Below, one piece after another: positions 1 through 16,583 of a DNA stretch of 64,000 bases (positions are counted from its first letter, which is position 1; every line of letters begins with the position of its first letter). The notes beneath the pieces are model-generated. The model saw only the letters and a program-made list of their open reading frames with translations. It was not told the origin of the DNA and did no database searches. This stretch comes from the human T2T-CHM13v2.0 reference genome, Homo sapiens. The DNA is taken from the NCBI RefSeq assembly GCF_009914755.1, contig NC_060928.1; one strand, 5' to 3'. Both the position numbers and the translations under genes were made by a program.

Positions 1-768
1 ACTCTGGCATGGAGCTTCCACCACTCCTCTCCAAAATTTTACAAAATATTTACTTTTAGTAAAAATAAACAGATAAAATTTGCAAGCTCATATCAGTTAA
101 AAATAAGAACCATCACATTAAAAGTAAAAATAATAGGACTGTTAGTCAAACTTTCACAAATAAAAATGCAAGCCAACATCAACATTTGGTTACATCTTTG
201 CCTAGTAATTTTTGAGTGTCACTTTGCTCCCAAGGAGACAATGACGTTATGGTATTTTGCAAGAAGCAATAAGGCAGGGAGTATCACAGTTAAGGTAAGG
301 AGAACAGAGCAGGGAACCCACAATGTCATATAATTTGCAGCTTCTTTAGGCTGACTTAAAAGTTATGATACATTGTAACTACTCATTTTCTGATCAAACA
401 AAAATGAAGAATCTCTATAGCAATAAAAATTAAAATATTCAAAGAATATATGGCTTAATCAGTATAGTTGTCCTTGCATATGACAGTATGTACTAAGACT
501 TTTTTTTAAATTCAAAATTCATGTCAACAGGAGAGCCATCAGAGAAAAGGAAGAAAAGAGCTGAATCCATACTTTTCACCTTGTAAACCAAAATAAACTC
601 CAGATGGATCAATGATTTTATAAATGTACTAAAGATATGTGAAACATTTTTTTAAAAAAAACTTAGGAATGGAAAAAGCTTAGGTATCATATATAATTCA
701 GAAAACATAATATATAAATCTGACTACATAAATCTAAATATTTCTGCATAGCAAAAACTATGGCAACA

Positions 769-1080
<312 letters not shown>

Positions 1081-1548
1081 CCAACTTCTGCAAGAAAAGT
1101 CAAAAGCTAAATGACAAACTGGGAAAAAATATTTCCAACTTATAAAGGCTAATTTCCATGGAATAAAAAGAATTACCAGAAATCAATTTACAAAAAGATC
1201 AACAATGTAGTACAACAATGAGCAAAGGATATAAACACACAATTCACAAGGAAGGAAATATAAATGGCTTTATATATACATTCAACTTTACCTCATAATG
1301 AGAGAGGTGAAATTTAAATGTATCATTGTGGCAAAAATAAAACTTGACAACTTTGTGCTGTTGTAATTGTAGGAAAATAGTAAAGCATGTATCATTGGTG
1401 AGAACATAAACTATACAAATTCTAAAAGAAAAGCAATTGGGCAAAATTTAAAATTTAAAATACTTTGATTCAGTAATTCCAGTTCTAGGAATTTATATTG
1501 TTTAACTGGTATAAAATACTATATGTACAAATTTATACTTTGCAGTAC

Positions 1549-1933
<385 letters not shown>

Positions 1934-2695
1934 TAGTGCTGCTTAAAAATACTGTGGTGCATTTACAAACAAAGGGAAGCTTTTTATGGAATATGAAAAA
2001 ATCTCAGAGATGCACTGTCAAATGAAAAGCTGGTGCAAAGCAGTGTGTACAGTATGCTTCACTTTCTGTAAAAATAAGAGAGAAAAAATAAATGTATGAA
2101 TATTTATAGAAGAGATCGGTAAAGATACACTTGAAATTAGTCACACAGGCTGTCTTTGGCAGGGGAAATGGAGGGCTCTAAGACAGGGAGGGGATCAAAA
2201 CCTTTTCTTTTACACTCCTTGAATTTGTAATATGTTAATGCATTGTGAACTTAAAAAAATCAAATTTAAAACAAGTACAAAACCCATCAGTCATCTGAAA
2301 TAAACACCCTATCTATACACTAAATGCACATTATACACATATACATATTACACTCATGCACACACGAAAAAAGCAGGATAACTTTAAAATAACACCGTTT
2401 TGTTGTGTGGGTTTTTGTTTTGTTTTTACAAAATTCATCACTTTAATGAGTAAGGAACAGGGAGGGCAGCTCAGACATACCACTAGAATGGGAACTCATG
2501 GTTGTGTACACATTTGAACACTTAAGCAAGCAGAATGACAAATTACGAATTCTTTAACATTCCAAATGTCCTGAGTAGACAGAATTGTTTAACTACATAA
2601 CATGCACATACAGGGAATTTCTTTATTTAGGAGCTGGTAGCCTGCACTTAGGTTGCACAGAGAAAAGTCTATGATTTTCAACACAGATCTAAATA

Positions 2696-2777
2696 TTAGA
2701 TTGGTGCAAAAGTAATTTGAGATTTTTGCCATTAAAAAACAATTGCAAAAACCACAATTACTTTTGCACCAACCTAA
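2696..2777. mobile_element. MADE1 (Hsmar1-derived MITE), palindromic
   Basis: TTAG(A/G)TTGGTGCAAAAGTAATT...AATTACTTTTGCACCAACCTAA terminal inverted repeats flanked by TA. Confidence 0.93.
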
Positions 2778-2839
2778 TATTTTTCCCATTTAACAAGTTT
2801 TAAGTGGAAAATTCAGGTTCTGAGTTCTCATATGTAGCT

Positions 2840-4410
2840 TTAACTTGTTTTAAACATGTTTATTTATAACATGGATAGATAATGGAGCTATTAAGATCAT
2901 TTTTCTCATATTGCGAGCCACTGAAACATATATATGTAAATTCAAGCGAATATAGCCATTTTATTGGCCTAACGTAATTGAGTATTGGTTTGGGAGTGAA
3001 GAGGCAGCTTGTTAGCACCAAGCCACACAAACGAGGACAAGTGCACTTGCTTTTTATCCAGCGTGTGCACGGCTGCTGCTCAGGTGGGCCGCGCACTGGG
3101 ACAGGTGCGCACTGGGCCTCGGGCCGGCCTGAAGAGCACTTATGGTCTCCTCAATTCCATTTCAAAGTTCATCACAAGGTCCAGGGTCAATAACCTTTTC
3201 CAGAAAGAGTTGTAATGTGGGGCCACTCACACTGAGGTGTACATGCCAATGGCTCAAAGGTAGGCAGCCCTCCAGACATCCCTCTGGGAAAAGGCCTGAG
3301 GTCAGCTAGTGACTCTGGGACCCCTGGCTTACCCTCTGATGTCTGCTGTTCCCAAAGTAGTCCCACTCACAGTGATGGCCCACTCACAACCTCAACCACC
3401 CTGAAACTGATCTCTGTAGTTACAACTTTTCTTATTGTATTTTCAGAATTATCTGCCCACTCCAATGAGTGGCTTCATGAATTGGATGAGGTCTGTCTCT
3501 AAGACTTGTGAGACTTTTGTAGGGGGCTCGTAGTCCTTGGACACAGGGAGCCTCTGTAGGGAGCACCACCAGCTCATCTCAACAGAAGTCACTGGCTCTT
3601 TGACTTAGACCTGCAGGGAGCTGAGCTCTGTGGCTCTTCCTCCTCTTGGAAGGAGTGGATCTCAATAGGGACCTAAAAACTGCTCCTAGCTCCCGCTCTG
3701 CCTCCATTTCTCTCCCTGTTTGGTAAGACATTCATGAGGCTTTCCTGTGCCCTCCTGTGCAATTCCATGACGTATGGGCCAGGTGTTAGTTGCACTAACA
3801 CTGTAACACCTGAAGGTATTATAATGATGATCTAATGGTGGGTATCGTGACAAAAGTCTGGCTCTTGGAGCCCTCATCTTTCTGCTTTTTATAATCTGGT
3901 TCTTTAAGTTAACGTAATTTTGATCCAATAGTAGAGGCTCAGGTTTCTTTTTTCTCTCAGATGTCAGAGGTGATGAAACACGCTGATGATATCTCCTATT
4001 TGTCTTGGAGTCTCTTCTATTTTGGAGGTCGGGTGAACACATGCCATTGACACATGCTCTGTGGAATGCTTCACAAAGGACTTGGTATAAAGAACTGATG
4101 GAACACCACCTGTTCGACAGTCATGCCATCGGCAGCAGGCAGAGATCCATGCTGGTGCCAAAGTTCCTTGCTGTGGCTGGTGTGAAGTGGAGGTGGTTGT
4201 CAGGGAGGAGGCACCATGCACTATAGCCTGTCTGCAGTGGGCACCCTGTGTGACCTTAGAGGCTCTCCTGGGGGACCCACTGCTGCTGCTGCTGCTGCTC
4301 CTGGGACCTCTGGCCTTGGGACCTGGCTAAGAAAGCATTGTTTTGGGGGAAAGTTCTGCACCTCCTGCTTTTCAATGGTACAACTGGCTGCAAAGTAAAG
4401 TCCAAAGTAG
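2840..4410 (-). pseudogene. CCNL2P1: Cyclin L2 processed pseudogene (CCNL2P1-like) with frameshifts and an internal deletion
   Basis: Intronless translated fragments [24 protein letters not shown] and KKKPEPLLLDQNYVNLKNQIIK match the cyclin L2 cyclin box. A degenerate RS-domain end lies at ~3330-3580, then 3' UTR with AATAAA at 2859-2864. Ends are approximate. Confidence 0.88.
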
Positions 4411-4502
4411 AGTCCAAAAATATGAGCAAGTGATTGAATTCAATAATAATATTTTTGTTAGATACTGGTTTTGACCAAAGTAATGAGGCCTGGTTTTCTA
4501 TG

Positions 4503-7068
<2,566 letters not shown>

Positions 7069-8639
7069 CTATGTGACTCAACATCTTTCTAAAGGCAATT
7101 ACAAAAGAGGAATTTCAAAAACATTCTGTGAAATGGCTGCCTTACTGGAATAAATAAACTATCTGCCAAGGTGACTGCTTTGAAGACTAACATTAATTTG
7201 GATGTGTCAGATCTCTTTGTTATACAGTCACACCTGGAAGAATGTTTTAGTGAGCCTAGCTTTTGCGGCAGAATAAATGAATACCACTCACTTCATACAT
7301 AACTACAGACCAGAATGAAATGAGAAAATAAATAAGACCAGAGGATAGAAAATACAGTGTAGTACTATCCACTGATAGTGTGATAATACTAAAAACCCCA
7401 GTGAAATGACTAAGCACAGAACACTTTAAGGTGATCCTTCTGGGGAATCACCCTCACTAGCATTTACTTGAACAATTATCAACAAGAATAATGTGAAACT
7501 ATATTAAACAGTTGAGAAAAAACAAATAATATGTTATTTTGGATTTGCTTCAAAATGATAGTGGGGGAAAGGCATAAATGAACTGGTCTTAAGTGCATAT
7601 TATTGAAGCAGGTGGATCAGTACATCTGTCTGCTTTTGTTCATGCTTAAAATTTTCCACAACAGAAGACAGAAAATGATAAAAAATAATTATAGAAATAT
7701 ATAGTTTTAGAAAATGAGCATATCTTAGGGCTACATTGATGTTAAGAATAAATAGATTTTCCCCTTCAATCCAAAGTATTGATACTATCAATCTAGAGCA
7801 GTAGATTTTTAATAAAAAGGAATTAATCTGTGAGGTTATATGCTAGCTGATGGTTCTTGGCAATGATGAGAAAACCAGGTTAATCTGCAGTAGGTAGCTA
7901 CTGGTTGGGAAATAGTTTTATCTCTATAAACTATTTATATTAATACACCTAAGCGAGTAGAGCTACAACCATCATCTGATTATCTTTAATGTTAACAGAA
8001 TATGTGGAAAGACTTAATACATTATAGGTTTGCCTTCAAACTCAACTAAATGTAAATATGTAATCTACATATATCTAAGAGGTAATTATGTTTTTTTAAT
8101 TTGGCATTTTTGTGAATACTGGTTCAAGTCGGGCAGTAAAATACATATAAGCTCATGGGTTTTATACATGGAATTCAATGAACTTTACATGAAACTGAAG
8201 CTGCTGAACAGCCATATTGGAATGCCCTTTCAGATTTTGGATTTATAGAGTCATCTATACTCTTTACTCCTGAAGATCAGCATGAAGATGCAGTCAGATG
8301 CCTGGAGCACAGGATTCAACTGGGATCACACTTTTGATCTTGGTTTCATTGGCAATGTGAAACCAAGTGGATGAGGTTGGGCAAATGCTCAAAGTTGTGC
8401 AAAGTTGTATGCCCTCATGCTAACTTTACACAAACTTGTTAAATTTTACCTGCTTAATCTGCTCTTGCCTAACACCACAAGAAATTTACTGAAAGAAATT
8501 CTAGGTTGAAAAATATTAAATGAAAAAGAGAAATATCAAGGTAAAATGACTGAAATTTCAAGGATATCTTGTGATCTAAAAAGCAGATATTCTTTAAAGT
8601 TACTTAGAGTCCATAGGATGTAATGTAACCAGTACTGTT

Positions 8640-9010
8640 TTATAACCAGGCTGATGTAGGTTTCAACTCTCACATCATCTACTCGTTTTTATAATTTGGG
8701 GCAAACTGCTTCTTTGCCTGAATTTCACCAACTTTAAAATGGCCATGTCAAATATGTCATGAGGATTAAGTGAGAGCACCAGAACTAACACTCAGTGTGG
8801 GCTGACTATGTGCAGACACTATCCAAAGCACTACACAAACAGAGCTCATCTAATCTTCAAAACCTCCTGATGATGCAACTACTATTATTATCTACATTCT
8901 TCCAGATGAGGACATTCAGGCAAAGAGTTGAGTAACTTGTTCAACAGTACCAGTAGAATGAAAATCTGAACTTGGTTGCTTAGTATCCAAAGCCCACATC
9001 TTTGATCACT
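8640..9010. mobile_element. MIR fragments
   Basis: MIR core phrases (ggggcaaactgctt...gaggattaagtgag; ttccagatgaggacattcagg...gagtaacttgttcaa). Confidence 0.55.
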
Positions 9011-9119
9011 CCACGTAACCTTGGACACAGTAGCAGCTCAGGAAACATTTGTTCTTTCATTTTTGCAGGCCTATAGGTAATTACTTATTTTATAGATGGA
9101 GAATCCAAGTATATATTTA

Positions 9120-9485
<366 letters not shown>

Positions 9486-11036
9486 CTAAGCTTATATGTA
9501 ACTATAAGTGGAAATGTACAAGCAATTTATGACAAAGCTGACAATTTCTTATTTGGAGTTACCTAGTTTAGAATATCAAGTTTTCCAAAAGGGTGTTTTA
9601 CAAAAAGAACTTACTAAACTAGATAAAATAACATCCGCTCTTTCCAGCACCAATAAAAGTTATGAAACAACCTCTATTGAAAGTAGAATATTTTGAATGA
9701 CGTGAGTAAACAAACATCAATTTTTAACATTTCCTTCCAACATTAAGAAAAATATGGAGAAGGCAATTTCTTCTTAGGAATAACTGAGTTATTTTAGAGG
9801 ATATATATATCACTTCTATGCTAATGAACAATATTTAAAATTAATAGAATTATGTTAATGTTATAGAAAAGCAGATATAGTCGAAATTTTAACTACTTCT
9901 CAAAGGATTAAATAAGAGGGAATATATACAATATTAAACTTGAATTATCCACTAATAGTAAGATGCTTTGGTACATTTAAAAATATTAAAAATTACTTGT
10001 GTGTAAGTGTCAAAATGTACGACACTCCAAGCAATGGGCATGTGGTGTCTCATCAGTTGTCACAAGAACCAAACAGCTGCCTGTCATTAACCCTAGGTGT
10101 TGTGAGATTTACTGAAAATTTTTACCAAATCTTCACTTCACTGAAATAAATTCCCTGTTGAAAAATATTTAAATGATGTTATTCGACTTCAAAGTATATT
10201 GAAAATGTGGCTTCGTCACCAAATACATGAGTAATATGAAAATAAAAATGGAATGACCTATAAATTCTCAATGTTTTCTAAAGTTACCAACATTAAAGGA
10301 ACATATTTCCTGAAATTTCATTTGCCCACCAACTCATGATGAATTATAGAAATATCAAAATAAATCTGCACTATCCAAGATGAAAATATAAATTCACAAA
10401 GGGGAGGAATTTTAAGGTAAAACCAACAAAAAACTCATAAAATAGTGAAATTAAACCCATAAAACGCTATCTTTAATGATGCCAAAATTAAATATACTAA
10501 AGTTAACTCTAGTGCTTGGTAGCATAGTTTTCTAACATTTGGTGCAGATTTTAAAAACGTTCACTTCATAGCCTGCACACAGACTTATTAGAATAATCGT
10601 AAGAAACACAGAAGAAAATTTCCACTGCTTGGGTATGTTTCAGTAGCCTCTTTTGGTAGCTCTGTAAAGTACATAAGTAGCGGCAGAAGGTGGCAGTACT
10701 GAGCTAGAAAAACCTGACGGCTTCAGGAGCTGTAGCTGAAACCTGAGGTAGTCCAAAGCCCACACTCTGGAATTGATCATTAGACTTTATTATAGATAAA
10801 CAATGTAAAACTCTGGCAAACCTAATCTATAAACTACATGTTTCTCCATCAAAAATCAGGAATATTCAATAGATTTCAAGAAATATCTACTTTACAGCAT
10901 TGTTACCCTAACTGCTCAGCAATATTTTATTTTTATATATATATTTATATAAAAGAGAGTGAAATGTGTCTTACAAAACAATAAAATGCAAACCTTTTAT
11001 AGGGATCAATGAGGCAGAAAGTTCCATAGAGCTTAC

Positions 11037-11081
11037 CATTCATCAGGAGAGCAGCCATAATCCTCAGGTTCAGGGACATGG
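11037..11081 (-). CDS. ATP8A1: ATP8A1 cassette exon 15 (45 nt): HVPEPEDYGCSPDE(W)
   Basis: tctgaag|CCATGTCCC...GATGAATG|gtaagc; symmetric phase 2-2 and a multiple of 3; corresponds to the 15-aa segment I recall being absent from the short isoform. Confidence 0.93.
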
Positions 11082-14000
11082 CTTCAGAAAGCAAGAAGAG
11101 AGGCAGAAAGAGAGGAAAAATAATCACAGAAAGGCTGGAAACATAAAACCACGAAGAAGGGAAGTATAAAAAGATGGATCACTGAAAAGTTAACAAAATG
11201 AACTTTTAGTTGAATCTGAAAGAATGGCAGTTAGTACAGCAAATAGAACATAATGATTCATGGTAGCTCAGCAGGTTTACAAAGTTATCCTGTAACTGTA
11301 TAGCCAATTTGCCTCTTCACCAGAACATTTACTGATTTTATTCACAAAGTTCATAATTCAGTAGGAATTATTTCAACTTAGCAGTTGAAATGCTAAAGCC
11401 AATGGAAAATTAATCATATGTGTTATATAATCAGAATAAAGTGTTTCAAGGTAACAAACATGCTAATATCTTGAAACAAATTATCACACTAATAAAATTT
11501 GTCAAATACATTTTAGAAGTAACTCTGGCTACCACGAGATGATGGTTACTTCAACAGGTACATTAAAGTAAAAGTTACTTGCATTTCTATAATTAAATGG
11601 AACCTTAGTTTAAGAATTTAAATGATATTAAAAAATTTTCACTTAAACTATTTCACTCATTAAAACACTCTTTATTTCAAACAGGAAACATATTCATTAA
11701 TATCTTCTTTAATTTCATCCATTCGCTCATCTGAACACTAGGAAAGTCTGATAGATGTACTTCATTTCAGCCAGTCATGTATTCAATTGGAAGGGGCCCA
11801 TAATACATGACAGACCAGATTTTTTTATTTTCCATTTCTTTCATAATATAATCATATACTTTTCCTGTAAATTTATTAGACATGGAGTTTTAAAATGCAG
11901 AGTTCAGTACAAATGAAAAGTCACTGTTATTTTTGACGAATATACAATAAACTTTGTTAAAAACTCATGGGATCCTTTCACTTCCTAAAAGTTCAATCTT
12001 TCATCAACCCAGCCAAGGCAGGGACTTCATCATTCCAAGGCACCTCTTCCACTACCAAAACATTAATTTGCTTCCAGTGCAGTATCCACTATATCACTCC
12101 AATCACAATGGAGGTGGTCCCTTTTAACTCACTATTCTCTCTCCTACCAAAGGGCTTTTGTGCCTGCTTAAGAAGAAGGGCTAATCAAGCCCTTTGTGGG
12201 CTGGACTCCAAGAAAAGGAGTTGGCATGCTGCAAAGCTCTGTGGAAACTGGCTGCAACTCCATGTTTAAAGCAATCACTTCAGATCAGCCTCAAGGCTTG
12301 GACCCTAGCCCATGGACTGTGCCAGGGAAGGGCCTGGTACTAACCAAGCAACACTGTGCATGGTCCTGCCAAGCTGCACTAGCCCCAATCTCATACCAGG
12401 ACAGGGGATAAAGTTTCCCAAGTCATGCAGCTTAAAAGCTCCAGAGCTCAAGTGCCAGAGACCCTCTTCACAACTCTGGCGCAGCCCTGGAAGAATGCTG
12501 AGCACTACCTAGAGCCCGATGAGCAGTAGGTGGCCTGCAAACCTGCCACTGATCCTATATGCAAGTTTCCCTGTTATTGCTGCTCCAGAAGCTCTGGTGT
12601 CTACGTGGTATCTGGCTTTTTGCCTTTGTATGTGCCAGTGCTATAACATCTACCTGGTAAGTTCTTCACTTAATCAAATTCATTCTTAGATCTCAACTCC
12701 AGAATCACTTTCTTAGGGCATATTTCCTTGCCTTCCCTGTTTAGATCAAACCACCCATTATAGCCTCACATAGACCTCTATACTGTGTTAGGACTTTATA
12801 TTTGTCTGTATGATTACTTAATTAGCATCCACTAAGTGCCAATTAGACTATACACTTTAGGCAGGAGGAAATCATGTGAACTTTTGCCTTTTTTACCTGC
12901 ATTATCTATCAAAGTGTCACATACATCAACACTTGAGATATACAGATAAATAAATGAATGGAGTTGACTAGAATTTATCACAAGTCATGGTGAGCAGTAA
13001 GATAAACATGGCTGTAGCAAGATCTTGGGGGATAGTATTATGATAATCGTGAAATTTCTCGTGGTGAGTCTCTTCTTGGGGTTAAAGAAGTAGCCGATCC
13101 TTCCAGCAAATATATAGCTAAACCAAATACTGTCAAGTAAAGTTATTCACACAGTATATTCATATATAAAGATTGCTTTTAAAAACTTATTTTTCATTTA
13201 AAGGGAAAATGCAAATGATGTTTTTAATACGAATTAAATGCCTTGTCCACACAAAAAAGCATTTTGTTTGCTTAACAGAATTTCTTTTTATAGACTGTAT
13301 CTTGTTAAGCCTCATCCAACTTATTCTAAAAGGTCTAAATTTTTTTTTTTTTTTTTTACAAAGATGGCACTTAGGACTGTATCCCAGAATCTTCACTCTA
13401 TTGAGATTTGTGGCCCCTGAACAGAGAAACTGCTTACCTATTCCGGGTATTCAAGTAACTATTATAAAACTGACTTATTCCCTACAAGAAGCAATTAGCT
13501 GAAATGATACTTTAATAACTAATGTTTACAGTAAAATGTCTGGTTTGTCATAAGTTAAATTTACAAATGATATCACAATTCACTTACATTTTACTGTAAT
13601 TGTCCCATAAAAAGATCTAATGAAATAATCTAATAATTTTGCAGTGCATTCCTAACTAAAAGTTGATTTCTACAAGATAATCATCATTGGCAACTATGTA
13701 CAAATCTATTTTATTGCCCATCATGAATCCAATTTGGGGCGAAGGTTCAGGGAAATCAAAGAAAATTTATTAAAATTAAATTCTGATGCACGGTTTTAAG
13801 TGTTAATTATAATTTTCTTACAAACATGGAATACCCAGAACTAGCTAGGAATTATACTATCAGGAAACTTCAAGCCTTATTCTTCTGATAAGACACAACA
13901 GAACTCACTTGAACCCTATCTGGGGTGAAACTGAGCTGTACCTGATGTTTTGGCAACACTGAGGCAAAATCAGCTCTGCACTTGTAACACCAAAGGCTTT

Positions 14001-16494
14001 TGTCAGGATATGAAATTTTGTGTTACTCTCTGGTTTTGCCACCTCCCTAGGGGCATAAACACCTTGCTTTCTTCCACTGGGGTTAAAAGTGCTCATACAT
14101 AATAGTTCCCATATTAAGCAATTGTTAAATGCTGCTCTGGGGAAAATAAGATAGCAAAGCCAGGTCATTTCCCCCATCTGGATTCCCATAATCCAAGAGT
14201 GCCCAGAGGAAATCTACACAGAAAAGTGCTAAACAGTAATTACTCTCTCTCACCCCTTCACATCTAACCATGGAGACTGGCTGTAATTAAGTAACAGTGT
14301 TATTTTCCCTGCTGTAAACATGTGGTCAAGTCAGAAGTCACGGTTTCTCCAAAACTTTCAGACATCAACAACTCTCTACGATGCTAACAGTCCAATAATC
14401 CACCAGGATGTGTTTGGGAGGGAACACTGATAAAAACTCAAGGTTAAGGATGCCTAAAAGCACATACACAAACATGATCACTGGAAGCAGTTTAACTAGC
14501 TTTACTCTACATGGCTTCTGGTATCCTTGAAAATATGATACCATAACTAAAAAGGAAACAGATTTCGGCTTATACAGTTAAAATTTGCAAACAAATAAAC
14601 TTCTGTTTATTTCTAAACATTATGTTAGATTTCGTATCTGGAAAAGGACTTTAGAAATGGTTTGGTCTCACTATCCACATCTTAAAGAGTAGGGAATATC
14701 TGAAAATAGATTTTCTAGGATTACATGGTAAATTCTAGACAAAGCCAGAACTCATGGCTTCTGACTGTATCTCAGGATTAAGAAATATTATTTCCTCAGG
14801 AAGAAATTCACTTCACTGGCAATTTAATCTCAATGATGACAATACTGAGCTCAGACCCACCCTATAACAGTTGTTAATGATGACATTGTCAACAGACACA
14901 GATGGGCACTGCTCTTTAGAACTACTGCCTAGGAGTGTTTAAGGACCTCTTCCAAGAATAAGAAAAAACCTGATAAAATGCGGAAGAAAACAGAGGCTAG
15001 ATCTGATTTTAGCTTTCTGTTCTGAAAATTTCACAATCAATAATTACTAATTTGATGAACCTGCTTATTGAATTATAAAATCACACAAAGTAAAAAACAA
15101 TGCCAATTATTAAACAGGCCATTGTGGAAATACTAGTTATGAATGAATACAGAATTTGTGTAAAAAAATCATCATAAATCTGAGAACTCTAGAATTGCAA
15201 TAGGCTTTACTTTTCTCCTCTGGGATGATTGTGGGTAGAATATATAAGTACAAGATGTCAAAAAGTGTGGCTGCAACTCTCCTGCTCCAGTAGCAATTTG
15301 TTGGGAGGAGGGTGGAGGAGGCAGGTGAGCCTCTTACATCTAAGGAAATTAGAACATCTTCAGATAAAGAAGAAAGATGAAAAACAGCATCCAGCCCGGG
15401 AAGCAGTAAGTATGCTTCTTAAATCAACAGGCTGTCTTTACAGTGTGAAAAAGCCACTCAACTGCCTTTTTAACCTCGTTTATACATATAGTTTATAGTC
15501 ATTTTTAGTCATGCTCTCGTAACGCAAAGAACAAGGATATCTAGGAATAACCATATACTTTTGGGATTTTTCATGAAATGTTTACTTATTTATAATTTTA
15601 ACTAAGGCATTTCAAAATGTAACACTCTTTGTCACTGGCTTACTGCTCAGAGTGAGTGGGGAAGAGTGGGTGCAAGCCAGAAAACCTAGAAGCAAGTGTC
15701 CATGCTTGTATGAGTAGGAGGCTGATATTTACTAGTCTCACTTCTAGGTAGATAAGGATAATTGGCAAGTTTGACAATAGGCCAATGTCAACCAGCCAGG
15801 AGAGTGTTTCACCTTTTGATGTCTTTTCTAGGAAATGTAGAAATTAATTTTCTCACATTACCCTATAAAATATTTTAAAGAGAAGGCTATGGAACAGCTT
15901 GTAAGCATACCTGGAAGTAAGAAATAAATTAAATGGGTGCTCAACAAGCAATTCTAAAGAAATTAACAGCCTGATAAAAGTTTCTGATGATATTAATTAT
16001 CCTCCAGATTCAAGAGTTTCATGTCTCTACCTCCTTTCCATCATCAGAATTTTAGATTGCTCTATGACTGCAAAAAGGAGAGATGATAGAAGAAAAAAAA
16101 AGTATCAAAAGGGGTAACTGTCACTATTTTAACTTGAAAACTGCTCAAGGCCTGATTATCTGTCCTTACCAGATCCAAGCTATACTCCAGTTTATAGTAG
16201 TGTAAAAGGAAATATATTTGTTCCTTATTACCAGGGCAAGAGAGAGACTTTCAGCAACACTAAACACTGAAAATACCATTGGGCAGAGCACCCACCTCAT
16301 GTCATCCCAAATGAAAACAATGCTAAACTAGAAACGCGAAATATACATGTGTCCTAAAATTATAACAGCTGCTTTTCAGATTAAAAAAAACCAAACAACC
16401 CCATACCCTCCCCTAATAAGAACTCCCAAATGTACCAAACTGTTAGCACTAATTAAGCATGTATTTCATATCCTAATTAAAGGAAAAAACTCAC

Positions 16495-16583
16495 CCATAA
16501 GCAACTCCCGCTATGGTGCACTTCTTAAACTGCATTACATTGCATGTCAGAGTACCAGTTTTGTCAGAAAATATGTATTTAAC
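16495..16583 (-). CDS. ATP8A1: ATP8A1 exon 14 (89 nt): [29 protein letters not shown](G), catalytic DKTGT phosphorylation motif
   Basis: ttttag|GTTAAATAC...TATGG|gtgagt; phase 0 to 2. Confidence 0.97.
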
